The translations under genes and the position numbers were made by a program. The notes beneath the pieces are model-generated. The model did no database searches and was not told the DNA's origin. It worked only from the letters and a program-made list of their open reading frames with translations. Shown piece after piece: positions 17,596 through 26,974 of a stretch of 42,887 nt of DNA. The stretch comes from Candidatus Sericytochromatia bacterium (lineage in GTDB: Bacteria; Cyanobacteriota; Sericytochromatia; S15B-MN24; JAQBPE01): positions 1 to 42,887 of the forward strand of contig JBBAPZ010000026.1 in assembly GCA_040400605.1 (NCBI GenBank). The letters are read 5' to 3'. How positions within the stretch are numbered: the stretch's first letter is position 1; the number at the start of each line of letters is the position of its first letter.

Positions 17596-18047
17596 GACAC
17601 AAACTCCTTGGACCGGCTTTCATTCAAAGGGCTGGCAATGCCGTAAGGACCCTTTTCGAGACAACGGGGCAACCAATCACAACCAGGGCATACTTTGGCC
17701 ATCAAGTGTTCGCGTTGGGCAAGAACTGCCAGATGCGCCTCACGAAGCGGCATGACCGTACCGGCCTGCCACCCCATTTCATCCAACAAGGCGCGATCAC
17801 GCCGCATGACCGACGTCTGGTAAGCACACGTCTCGGCATCATCCTGCAACGAAGGACACGCTCGGCATACTTCATCCGCCATGGGTGCAACACGCACCTG
17901 AACATCCGGTGTATCCTGAATATGCTGACACAGCGCGGTGAAATTATCCGTAAAGCCGGCCGAGTACCCCGCGCCTTGGTAGTGCAGCGTACACAAAAAA
18001 TGATGACCGCGAAGCGCAATCGTATCAGAAAACGGATGATTGCTCAC
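17592..18047 (-). CDS. DUF1284 family Cys-rich protein
   Basis: LRGHHFLCTLHYQGAGYS..F..N, DEVCRACP, RD, CPGCDW...C. Confidence 0.88.
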   Translation of the reverse strand: MSNHPFSDTIALRGHHFLCTLHYQGAGYSAGFTDNFTALCQHIQDTPDVQVRVAPMADEVCRACPSLQDDAETCAYQTSVMRRDRALLDEMGWQAGTVMPLREAHLAVLAQREHLMAKVCPGCDWLPRCLEKGPYGIASPLNESRSKEFVS

Positions 18048-19249
18048 AGCAAATGACCCAGCTTGCTTGCCTTGGTGTCCAGATACTGTTCATTATGTGG
18101 ATTGGCCCGAATGCGAAGAGGAACCCGTTCCGTCACGGTCAGACCATAGCCTTCGAGACCCACCACCTTGCGGGGATTGTTGGTTAGCAGGCGCATCGTT
18201 GTGATACCGAGGTCAACCAGAATTTGCGCGCCGATGCCGTATTGTCTGAGATCAGCCGCGAAACCGAGGGCGTGGTTGGCCTCGACCGTATCAAGCCCGC
18301 CATCTTGCAGGCCATAGGCCTTCAATTTGTGAATGAGGCCAATCCCACGTCCTTCCTGTTTGAGGTATACCAAAACGCCCCGTTTGGCATCCCGAATTGC
18401 CGCGAGCGCTTCGTCCCTTTGTGCGCCGCAATCACATCGCAACGAGCCCAAGGCATCGCCGGTCAGACATTCCGAATGCATCCGCACCAACGTGTCAGGT
18501 TCCCGAGGGTCGCCCAGCACCAATGCCACATGCTCACTGCCGTCCAGGGTATTTTGATAACCGTGGATGGCAAAATCTCCCCAACGGGTGGGGAGCTTGG
18601 CAGACGCTTGTCGCAGCACAAAGCGTTCGGTGTTCATGCGGTACTCAATCAATTGTGCAATGGAGGTGATAAGCAACCCATGTTCCGCGGCAAACGCCAG
18701 CAGTTGCGGCAGTCGCGCCATCGTGCCATCCGGATTCAAGATCTCGCAAATGACCCCACTGGGGTTGAGATTGGCCAAACGCGCCATATCCACTGCGGCT
18801 TCCGTGTGTCCCGCCCGCTCGAGGACACCACCGGGTTGCGCCATCAACGGAAAAATATGGCCGGGCCGCCGAAGGTCAACCGGCCGCGTGTGTTCTTGAA
18901 TAGCTGTGACGATCGTGCGGGCGCGATCCGCAGTCGAAATGCCCGTCGTTACCCCCTCTTTGGCATCGATTGATACCGTGAACGCCGTGCCATGCGGATC
19001 CGTGTTGTGGTCCGTCATCGGTCCCAACTGCAGCCGCTCGGCCTGTGATTGGGTCAAAGCCAAACAAATCAAACCACGCCCGTGCTGAGCCATAAAGTTA
19101 ATCGAAGAAGGCGTGACCATCGCGGCCGCCTGGATGAGGTCACCTTCGTTCTCACGGTCCTCATCATCCACCACCACAATCATTTCACCCGCCGCCAATG
19201 CCGCGAGTACATCCGGAATCGATGCAAACAAACTGCCTTCAACTGACAT
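18044..19249 (-). CDS. ribBA: Bifunctional DHBP synthase / GTP cyclohydrolase II
   Basis: VDDEDRENEGDL, RRPGHIFPL, RAGHTEAAVD, VRMHSECLTGD..GS.RCDCG, QEGRGIGL, LLTNNPRK. Confidence 0.97.
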   Translation of the reverse strand: MSVEGSLFASIPDVLAALAAGEMIVVVDDEDRENEGDLIQAAAMVTPSSINFMAQHGRGLICLALTQSQAERLQLGPMTDHNTDPHGTAFTVSIDAKEGVTTGISTADRARTIVTAIQEHTRPVDLRRPGHIFPLMAQPGGVLERAGHTEAAVDMARLANLNPSGVICEILNPDGTMARLPQLLAFAAEHGLLITSIAQLIEYRMNTERFVLRQASAKLPTRWGDFAIHGYQNTLDGSEHVALVLGDPREPDTLVRMHSECLTGDALGSLRCDCGAQRDEALAAIRDAKRGVLVYLKQEGRGIGLIHKLKAYGLQDGGLDTVEANHALGFAADLRQYGIGAQILVDLGITTMRLLTNNPRKVVGLEGYGLTVTERVPLRIRANPHNEQYLDTKASKLGHLL

Positions 19250-19905
19250 TAACGGTATCCTTGCTCAAGCAACCCCTCCAGGGTCAACGACGTTTTGGCC
19301 TGCGTGACGGGTAAATGCCCGCCCAACAGACGCTCCACATATTTGGCGATGAGATCAACTTCCAGATTCACCACGTCGCCCGCACGGCGCCTGGCGAGCG
19401 TCGTTGCAAGCCACGTATGCGGAACAATGGTCAGCATCACGCGGTTTTCACCGACATCCACCACCGTCAAGCTGACCCCATCCACCGTGATTGAGCCCTT
19501 GACCACCACGTAACGCATCAAAGTACCGGGAACGTCAAGCACAACCCTGACACCCGCACCTTCTTCCACTTTCACGACATGTCCTGTCCCATCCACATGT
19601 CCAGTCACCAAATGCCCACCCAGGCGAGACTTAAGCGTCAACGCCTGCTCCAGATTGACGCAATCACCAACCTTCAGGCTCCCCAAGGTTGTTACCGACA
19701 AGGTGGATGCCGAATAGTCCACCCAAAACGCTCCGCCGTCGCGGCCCGTCAACGTGAGACAAACACCATTGGTCGCAATCGAATCCCCAATTGCGGCCGA
19801 TTCTGCAATGCCCGGCGCCTCAATCAACAACTTTCCTGCAACACCCTCAGAACCTTTTACGTGCCGGCGAATGGTTCCAACCGCTTCGATAATGCCGGTG
19901 AACAA
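19249..19905 (-). CDS. ribE: Riboflavin synthase (alpha chain)
   Basis: MFTGIIE N-terminus, GDSIATNGVCLT, GGHLVTGHVDG, KGSITVDGVSLT, VNLEVD; AAGGAGG before TTG start. Confidence 0.97.
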   Translation of the reverse strand: MFTGIIEAVGTIRRHVKGSEGVAGKLLIEAPGIAESAAIGDSIATNGVCLTLTGRDGGAFWVDYSASTLSVTTLGSLKVGDCVNLEQALTLKSRLGGHLVTGHVDGTGHVVKVEEGAGVRVVLDVPGTLMRYVVVKGSITVDGVSLTVVDVGENRVMLTIVPHTWLATTLARRRAGDVVNLEVDLIAKYVERLLGGHLPVTQAKTSLTLEGLLEQGYR

Positions 19906-19914
19906 TGACCCTCC

Positions 19915-21048
19915 TTAATCAGCCCGGGTATAAGCCTCAAGCAAAAAGTCACCGCCCATTGGCGTACAGGTCATGCGGTGCAACTGCACTGCCTCTTCGA
20001 GCAGCGTCACACCACTCCCTTCAACCATCGTGGGCGCACCCATGCCGCCAATGATCTTTGGCGCCACAAAGACGTACACCTTATCCACCACGCCAGCCTC
20101 CAGTGCCGCAGCGTTCAAGGTTCCGCCACCTTCGATCAAAATGCTTGTAATCTCCCGTTTGCCAAGCAACGGCATCAGGCGCGCCAGATCGATGTGCGTG
20201 TCCACGTTAAACACCCCATCCGGACAAACCAGAATCTCAGCCCCCGCCGCCCGCAGGGCTCGCAGACGATCCTCCGGTGCCCGCTGCCCCACACAGATAA
20301 TCGTGTTGGACTTCAGGCTGGACGTCCCTTGCTTCAAGAAAAGGTTCGCAGTGGTTGGCGTACGCCCCATCGAGTCGATGATAATCTTCACCGGCTGACG
20401 CCCACCGGGCAAACGACACGTCAGGCGGGGATTGTCCTGAACGACCGTGTTAACGCCCACCATCACGGCATCGTAAGTCGCTCGCAAAATCTGCACATAC
20501 CCACGCGAATCGTTGTTGGTGATCCACTGACTTTCCCCGGAAGCCGTCGCAATCTTTCCATCGAGGCTCATCCCCGTCTTGATGGATACAAACGGACGAC
20601 GCGTCCGGATGTATTTGAAAAATCGCTCATTCAGCTGACGCGCTTCTTCTTCACAGACGCCCAATTCCACGGTAATTCCCGCGGCCTTCAGCATTTGAAT
20701 GCCGCGGCCCGCAACCAAAGGATTGGGGTCTTCCGTTGCAATCACCACCCGGGAAACACCGCTCTCGATTACCCGTTCAACACACGGCGGCGTCCGCCCC
20801 TGATGTGCACACGGCTCCAAGGAAACATACATCGTCGCACCCTGGGCTTCCGGACCTGCGGCATCCAGTGCGTAAATCTCCGCGTGCGGCTTACCCACCT
20901 GCGGGTGAAAGCCTTCGCCAACTATCACGCCATCTCGCACCAGCACCGCGCCCACCATCGGATTCGGGCTCGTCCAACCACGTCCTTGCCAAGCCAGTTC
21001 AATGGCGCGTCGCATATGCTGGAGGTCGTTTATGCTTGCCTTTGACAT
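19915..21048 (-). CDS. ribD: Bifunctional riboflavin deaminase/reductase
   Basis: PNPMVGAV, HAE, LEPCAH.G.TPPC, SLDGKIA, ESQWIT, IEGGG; GAGGA upstream of ATG 21048. Confidence 0.97.
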   Translation of the reverse strand: MSKASINDLQHMRRAIELAWQGRGWTSPNPMVGAVLVRDGVIVGEGFHPQVGKPHAEIYALDAAGPEAQGATMYVSLEPCAHQGRTPPCVERVIESGVSRVVIATEDPNPLVAGRGIQMLKAAGITVELGVCEEEARQLNERFFKYIRTRRPFVSIKTGMSLDGKIATASGESQWITNNDSRGYVQILRATYDAVMVGVNTVVQDNPRLTCRLPGGRQPVKIIIDSMGRTPTTANLFLKQGTSSLKSNTIICVGQRAPEDRLRALRAAGAEILVCPDGVFNVDTHIDLARLMPLLGKREITSILIEGGGTLNAAALEAGVVDKVYVFVAPKIIGGMGAPTMVEGSGVTLLEEAVQLHRMTCTPMGGDFLLEAYTRAD

Positions 21049-21109
21049 CAAATCCTCGGTTCAACGGGAGGGGTTCGACATCGCCACGGCGAACTCCTGA
21101 TAAGATAGC

Positions 21110-21137
21110 ATTATATCCTGCTGAACCCCAAAATCAA
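21110..21137 (-). promoter_or_regulatory. Candidate sigma70 promoter of the rib operon
   Basis: Minus strand TTGATT-N16-TATAAT, about 60 nt upstream of ribD. Confidence 0.45.
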
Positions 21138-21578
21138 AGTCCGAGACGAGAATGCTAAACGAGCCGATGGGCAGCCAGGATGACAGACACCCTTTCAAGA
21201 CGCGACAGTCGCAACGCGTGTTTCTGGTATTGCAGTTGGTATTGTGGCAAGAAAAGCGTCGTGAAGGGTCTACTCGCATGACAAACGACGCAGCAAGCCC
21301 AAGGAGAGGCTGAGCAATGAAAAACGTCTGACGGCATTGGTAACGAAACGGGCCTGTCTGAGTCGTAGACAAAGTCCCAGACATCAGACAGGCCAGTAGT
21401 GGCATTCAGGCATCAAACCGACCGAGGAACCGAAACCTTGGCAATGTGCTAAAAACTCATTGCCTGCCACACGCAGATGCAACTGATGAAGTGGCAGAGA
21501 AAAAAGTGTAGCGCCACAAACGCCAGAAGGTTGCCCGATGACATCGTCGCGCAACCGGGCGTCACACCATATCGATTG

Positions 21579-23051
21579 TCATTCGCTCAAGCTTTGGAGA
21601 ATCTGAAGCTTATCATACGGTAACAAATCGCTTAAAAAACGTGACCCCGCCATGGTTGGCTTGGTGGGGATGCGTTGCTCAAGGCGCCTCAACATTTCCG
21701 CTTGCATTTTCTGCGGCGCCCCACGTCGGACTTTCTCTACAAGTCTTGCGCGATAAACCGACCTTGCATTTTCTAACAGTTGCACTAACTGACCGCCCTC
21801 ACCGCGTCGCCCCGCTTGCACGTCTTGACCTAAGACTTGCTGCCAGAGTGCATCAACCTTCGCGGCAAGCGCCTGTTGAGACTTTAACTCGCCAAAGGGT
21901 TTGATAGCCATGGCGTTACCATCTGATCCAGTCGCGGTAGCACCCTTCACGCTGCTTGCCCGGCGCAAATCCGGCATCGTTGTTTTTTGTGCCGGCAAGT
22001 CTTTCCCAAACGCCCAAGCCTGATTCGGTCCGGGTGGCGCTGTCTGGAAATTGGCACCTTCAAAACTGGTGCCATCAACAATGGCACCAGTCCAATCGGA
22101 ACCACGAAGATCCCCAATACGAAAAGAACTGTCTGTAATCGACGCTTTCACGAAGGTGGCCCGTTCACCACTTACGTGGCCAAAATTAGTGTGCCCCACA
22201 CGGGACCCAGTCCATTTCGTATTCTCCAGCTGCGCGTGCTCGAAATTGCTCCCGTTGGTCACGAGTCCCCGAAAGCTACCGTTCGTGAGCACGGTGTTTG
22301 TCGCTGAGATATTGTCTCCTCGTGCACCATCAAACTGGCTTTGGGGCAACGAAGAGGCATTCAGTTTCAGTCGTTTAATGCGCGCGCCTGTAAAGTTGTT
22401 AACCCCGCCTTCCTGAATGCCTTGTAGTTGAGCAAACTCCAGATTGGCCTTGCGGAACGATGTGCCGTAGATCTTCGAATGATTCATTTTGGCGTCTGGC
22501 ATCGTGGCGCTAACGAAGGTGGCATTATTCAGATGCGCTCCCTCTAATGTTAAACCGGGGATCGTCGCTCTCGTAAAATCGGCGCCATTTGCCTGCACGC
22601 CTGCCAGATCCTTATACCTCATGTCGATACCCTGGAGACTCGCTCTTTCCAGGGTCATCTTTCCTGATACCGTGGCTTGATTGAAGTCAACACCGTCGAG
22701 TGTGGCTCCGCTAAGTGCGATCCCACTTGAGGCGTCACCCAAAATTGCACCGTCTACTTGCGCCCCTGTCAAATTAACTTCACGCGCATCCGCATTCTGG
22801 AGATTGAAATTCTTCAAATCCTGATTGCGAAGGTCCGCACCTGGGTCGAAAACCGCTCTTTGCAGACCGCTCGGCCGGTAAGCCTCCTTCTCCCAAGGTA
22901 GCCGTTTACCCCGCGCCCACTGTTCACGATTCAGGTCGTGTGGAACAACGTCCCTTCCAAAAAATCCCGCGCGATTCAAAATTGGCTTGGGACGAACCCC
23001 CAACCGCGGTAGAACGGTATCAAAGGGATTCCCAATAAACAAAGCCGGCAT
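21579..23051 (-). CDS. Pentapeptide-repeat protein
   Basis: Long run of A(D/N/S)(L/F)xx units (ADLRN, ADFTR, AHLNN, ANLEF, AQLEN, ANFQT); start set at ATG 23051, which has GGAGG 6 nt upstream. Confidence 0.88.
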   Translation of the reverse strand: MPALFIGNPFDTVLPRLGVRPKPILNRAGFFGRDVVPHDLNREQWARGKRLPWEKEAYRPSGLQRAVFDPGADLRNQDLKNFNLQNADAREVNLTGAQVDGAILGDASSGIALSGATLDGVDFNQATVSGKMTLERASLQGIDMRYKDLAGVQANGADFTRATIPGLTLEGAHLNNATFVSATMPDAKMNHSKIYGTSFRKANLEFAQLQGIQEGGVNNFTGARIKRLKLNASSLPQSQFDGARGDNISATNTVLTNGSFRGLVTNGSNFEHAQLENTKWTGSRVGHTNFGHVSGERATFVKASITDSSFRIGDLRGSDWTGAIVDGTSFEGANFQTAPPGPNQAWAFGKDLPAQKTTMPDLRRASSVKGATATGSDGNAMAIKPFGELKSQQALAAKVDALWQQVLGQDVQAGRRGEGGQLVQLLENARSVYRARLVEKVRRGAPQKMQAEMLRRLEQRIPTKPTMAGSRFLSDLLPYDKLQILQSLSE

Positions 23052-23361
23052 CGTATACCTCCGGGGGCTACCCACAACGCTTGACAACAGGCTTGCCGAT
23101 GCCAAGCCACGCGTACTGACCGCCGGGCGATTAACGCAATATTAAAAATTTTCTAAGTTATGCTCATCACCGTTCGGTTGTTATACTCACAGGTTGGAAC
23201 AGTGGTTCAGGGATTCGCTCAACCATCAAGTCGACGCACGCCAAACTTCAGCGCATCCTGAGACCGCATACCATCCTCAGGCACCCAGGCTCCTGTTCGC
23301 CGACAATCGACATATTGACCATATCGAGATCATGCCGTGTCACGGAACAAAGGGCATGACG

Positions 23362-23403
23362 CACAATGCCGGGTCCTGATCCTGACCAGGAGCCGGCATT
23401 GTG
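23362..23403. other. Long inverted repeat / stem-loop
   Basis: CACAATGCCGG-g-TCCTG / CAGGA-g-CCGGCATTGTG: 16 bp paired, one G-G mismatch, 8-nt loop. Confidence 0.6.
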
Positions 23404-23472
23404 ATAGCGCTTTAAGGTTGTGATAACGACTGCCACAAAATATCGACGTGATACGTTAAAGTAACGATTTGG

Positions 23473-23739
23473 CTACGGGGTGTATAGATCTAATCCCGCC
23501 GAGGTCAATCCGTAGTGCCAAGTGCCGTTCACCTGGTGTGAAGCAATCAAACCCATACTGGTCATATAGCTCAGAACGTGCAAGACTTGATCCAACGGGC
23601 GATCGAGACACTCAGACACAAAAAGAGCAGTGGTTTGCCAGTTCCTGCGCGCGCTCAACAGGTCAATCACCTCGACCGGTTGAAGCAACCCCGGTCGCCT
23701 GGCCACTGGGGGGAGGGCGCGCTCAATTGTGTGTCGCAT
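23473..23739 (-). CDS. Small putative winged-helix protein, 88 aa
   Basis: GGAGG upstream of ATG; pattern TALFVSECLDRPLDQVLHVLSYMTSMGLI...WHYGLTSAG resembles wHTH helices plus wing (Y.LT..G). Confidence 0.6.
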   Translation of the reverse strand: MRHTIERALPPVARRPGLLQPVEVIDLLSARRNWQTTALFVSECLDRPLDQVLHVLSYMTSMGLIASHQVNGTWHYGLTSAGLDLYTP

Positions 23740-24069
23740 GCAAATACCTCCACGGTTTCATCAACGTATTCATATGCTTACCCCGCATCGCTTGGGCTAT
23801 ATCCACTTTGCAAAAATTTTTGTGCAATGATCACAGACGCAGTAACCCCCAGATGGATGGCAAACAGGTGAACCTCTGTTTTTAGTGGGGTCCCTGGCAT
23901 TGACCTGAGGCTACGTTCGCGGCGGACAACCCCAAACACCGCCATGCACAGGCGCTGGTTCGGTTCATCAGCGTCACCTTTTGAACCTCATCCTGAATGC
24001 TTCACACCTTAACCGCCCACAGACTGGTCAAAGGCGTTATCCAGGCTGTGCATCCGCTCAGTACCCGTT

Positions 24070-24633
24070 TTACAGCGTACCGACCCGACCACTCAATAAA
24101 CCTGCTTCGAGGCAGATCAGGCCATTGCCACTGACGCTGAAATTCACATCCCACGCCAACGTTTCACTCAAGCGCCCGGCGTGCCCGAAACCAATGTGCG
24201 GCCATATGGGCCAGTTCCCCATCGCCTCTCCGGGAGCGCGCACGACACCCCCACCAGTTTCCACATACGGGCCCGCCAACTGACCACTCTGCGGCGCCAG
24301 ATAATATACCGCCGCTCCGTACAAACGGCCAGCCACCGGACCTAAAGCACTCACCCCACTGTCGGACACCCAACCCCATTGGCAACCGATCTTTGCGCTC
24401 ACCGGACTCAACGGCATCAGATACGCAACAGAAGGCCCCACACCAAAAGGGCGGGTTATCCCCAGTCCCATGCGCCAGCCCCCCACCGGCATCGGTTCGT
24501 CTTCGAGCGCACCGCCAAGCCGTCTCAACGGACCCTTGACTGACTCATAAGCCCCAACCGAAACGGCCGTTTGCGCGAGCACCACCGGCACAACCAAACC
24601 GAATGTCAATAATCGGGACTTCAATCGATTCAA
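24070..24633 (-). CDS. Hypothetical exported protein, possibly a small outer-membrane beta-barrel
   Basis: Signal-like N-terminus; Gly/aromatic-rich alternating strands (AAVYYL, GPYVETGGG, LAWDVNFSV); overlaps the amidase stop by 4 nt. Confidence 0.55.
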   Translation of the reverse strand: MNRLKSRLLTFGLVVPVVLAQTAVSVGAYESVKGPLRRLGGALEDEPMPVGGWRMGLGITRPFGVGPSVAYLMPLSPVSAKIGCQWGWVSDSGVSALGPVAGRLYGAAVYYLAPQSGQLAGPYVETGGGVVRAPGEAMGNWPIWPHIGFGHAGRLSETLAWDVNFSVSGNGLICLEAGLLSGRVGTL

Positions 24634-25415
24634 GTACCCACACCGATACGCAATCCAACAACTGCTCCGGGGCCGCCTGCTTCCGCTACTGCGCGCTTTA
24701 ATAAAGCTAGATCAAAATTGTTTGATGTGTCAATTTTTGATCCCGCCGGCGTTGCAACATCACGATGGCGGGTCACAAAGTCCCAGCCGATACGCCGCTC
24801 GGTCATCAAATGTGCCATCAACTTCGCCAAGATCTCATACTGCGCCTGCGGATACGGGTCCTTGCCATCACCAACATTGCAAATCTCAATACCAATCGAG
24901 AAACGATTGACCAAATTTCGACCCTTAAATGTCGACGGCCCCGCATGCCACGCCTGCTCCGCGTCCGCGACACACCGAATCAACTTACCGTCTTTACCCA
25001 CCACGTAGTGCGAACTGACCTCAGCATCACGCCGCTGAAAAAACTGCGCAATCCGCTCAGCCGGCGCTGGACTCGCGGTATGATGAAGCACAATCGTATC
25101 CACGTCCTGAAGTCCCCGAGCGCGCGGCGAACGATTGGGGGAGGCAATCTCAACCATTGCAGGCACACCAGGATTACCCAACTTGCCCGGCCTCGATGGA
25201 ATCCTGCGCCCCAGAGGCAAAGGCCCTGTCAGCGGAATCTGCCGAACCACCGCGTCATCACAGGGAGACTTGAGATGCGGATCCGATTCCACCGCTGTCC
25301 GATTCAAAGTCGAAGTCGACGACGAAACAATCGTTGCCTGACGGGAACAAGCGACCCCAAATACCAAAACAGGCAGCATCAATACTGCAAACCTGGTTTT
25401 GAACGACATCCTCAT
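24630..25415 (-). CDS. N-acetylmuramoyl-L-alanine amidase (Amidase_2, AmiD/AmpD-like), lipoprotein
   Basis: Lipobox GVAC; SPN..., IVLHHT, VSSHYVV, AWHAG, NRFSIGIE, RHRDV..KID. Confidence 0.9.
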   Translation of the reverse strand: MRMSFKTRFAVLMLPVLVFGVACSRQATIVSSSTSTLNRTAVESDPHLKSPCDDAVVRQIPLTGPLPLGRRIPSRPGKLGNPGVPAMVEIASPNRSPRARGLQDVDTIVLHHTASPAPAERIAQFFQRRDAEVSSHYVVGKDGKLIRCVADAEQAWHAGPSTFKGRNLVNRFSIGIEICNVGDGKDPYPQAQYEILAKLMAHLMTERRIGWDFVTRHRDVATPAGSKIDTSNNFDLALLKRAVAEAGGPGAVVGLRIGVGT

Positions 25416-25681
25416 CGACTCGCCACTCCTTTGTTGCTAAGGTTAACAATAGGTAAATATTAACATGGTGTTTGACAGCCAACAAGGGAACATCCCGTGT
25501 CGGCAGTATTGTCCTCGCCCAGCCTGTTGATGCGGTTTTCGCGTTGTCTGCTGATCCACTGGCCAAGATGGCTTTCGTTGTTGGCATCGCGGAAGGTTTT
25601 TGTTTTGTACCGAGCAAACCCCAGGCGGTTTTGACACCTTGGTGTGCGATTCTGTTATTGTTTGTGAAAAAGGAGCGGATG

Positions 25682-26842
25682 GTGAGTGAGAAACTGGACC
25701 TGATCGCGACGGCGGCTTTTGGGCTTGAATCGCAGGTGGCGTATGAGTTGCGTCAACTGGGTTATGGTGATCAGCATGTCGAAGGCGGGCGGGTGACATT
25801 CCGGGGCGATCGCAGTGCGATCGCACGCACCAACCTGTGGCTGCGAGTGGCGGACCGAGTTCAGCTGCGTATCGGCGAATTTCCTGCGCGTACCTTTGAT
25901 GAACTCTTTGACCATGTGACAGCTTTAAATTGGTCTGATTGGCTCCCGGAAGATGCGAATTTTCCCGTTGACGGCAAGTCCGTCAAATCGACACTCACCA
26001 GTGTCCCTGCCGTGCAGGGTGTGGTCAAAAAGGCGATCGCACAATGCATGGCGCGTGCTTACGGGCGCGCGATATCCCCTGAAACCGGGGCGGAGTATCG
26101 GGTGCAGGTGGCTTTGTTGAATGACGTGGCCACCTTGACCTTGGACACGACCGGCGATGGGCTTCACAAGCGCGGCTATCGCACAGGCAATGCGGCGGCG
26201 CCCTTGAAAGAAACCTTGGCGGCCGGCTTGATCAGCCTCAGTCGTTGGCGTCCGGAATGGCCGTTTGCGGATCCACTTTGCGGCTCGGGCACCCTTCCCA
26301 TCGAAGCAGCCTTGCAAGGTCTTAACCGTGCCCCTGGCATCAAGCGTGCTTTTGCCGCCGAACAATGGCGCACCCTGGAGCGCAGGGTTTGGGACCAAGC
26401 GCGCCAAGAGGCGCGCGACACCGCGATTCAAGAATCCTCCCTGAGCATTTGGGCAAGCGATCTCTCACCCCAGATGGTGGAAATGGCCCGCTACCACGCC
26501 AGAGCGGCAGGCGTTGAAAAGTTCATTCGCTTTGGCCAAATGGCCGTGGCGGCGTGGCGCACGGAACACCCTGGCGGCGTGCTCATCACCAATCCACCCT
26601 ACGGTGAACGGTTGGGTGATCGCGAGACGGTTGAAGCCTTGTACGCTGAACTGGGCCAAGTCTGTCAACGCCTGGATGGTTGGAGTTGGCACATCATCAC
26701 CGCTTACCCCACCTTCGAAAAGGCCTTCGGTCCTCCGGCGCATAAAAAGCGCAAATTGTTTAACGGTCGTCTGCGCTGCGATCTCTATCACTACCTCGCT
26801 CAACGGGCCAAACCCGAGCCGGGCACCACGAGAGCCAAATAA
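25682..26842 (+). CDS. THUMP-domain class I SAM-dependent rRNA methyltransferase (RlmL/YpsC-like)
   Basis: IATAAFGLE, NLWLRVADRV, GLHKRGYR, APLKETLAA, DPLCGSGT, ITNPPYGER, RKLFNG; AAGGAG upstream, start GTG 25682 or ATG 25679. Confidence 0.92.
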   Translation: MSEKLDLIATAAFGLESQVAYELRQLGYGDQHVEGGRVTFRGDRSAIARTNLWLRVADRVQLRIGEFPARTFDELFDHVTALNWSDWLPEDANFPVDGKSVKSTLTSVPAVQGVVKKAIAQCMARAYGRAISPETGAEYRVQVALLNDVATLTLDTTGDGLHKRGYRTGNAAAPLKETLAAGLISLSRWRPEWPFADPLCGSGTLPIEAALQGLNRAPGIKRAFAAEQWRTLERRVWDQARQEARDTAIQESSLSIWASDLSPQMVEMARYHARAAGVEKFIRFGQMAVAAWRTEHPGGVLITNPPYGERLGDRETVEALYAELGQVCQRLDGWSWHIITAYPTFEKAFGPPAHKKRKLFNGRLRCDLYHYLAQRAKPEPGTTRAK

Positions 26843-26974
26843 TCCTGTACGCCTTGTCATCCCATCATATGCCAACCCTGCGTTAAATTTGCATTCTGGC
26901 AAAGCAGTTTGCACTCGGACCTTTCAGGCACCGCTAACGGTCTTGGGGTTCCGAACGCTTGACGGGAGGACAGG

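Noticed and set aside
19978..21045. 355-aa + strand ORF and other long antisense ORFs (e.g. 5384-6364, 8317-9114, 18224-18973)
   Set aside because: Shadow frames opposite well-supported genes in GC-rich DNA, with no motifs.
21062..21090. tRNA/tmRNA fragment (GGTTCGAC); similar GGTTCGAA near 10737
   Set aside because: The flanks do not form a 5-bp T-stem, and there is no cloverleaf or CCA end.
21061..21405. 114-aa ORF upstream of ribD
   Set aside because: No RBS, atypical composition, and it spans the candidate rib promoter.
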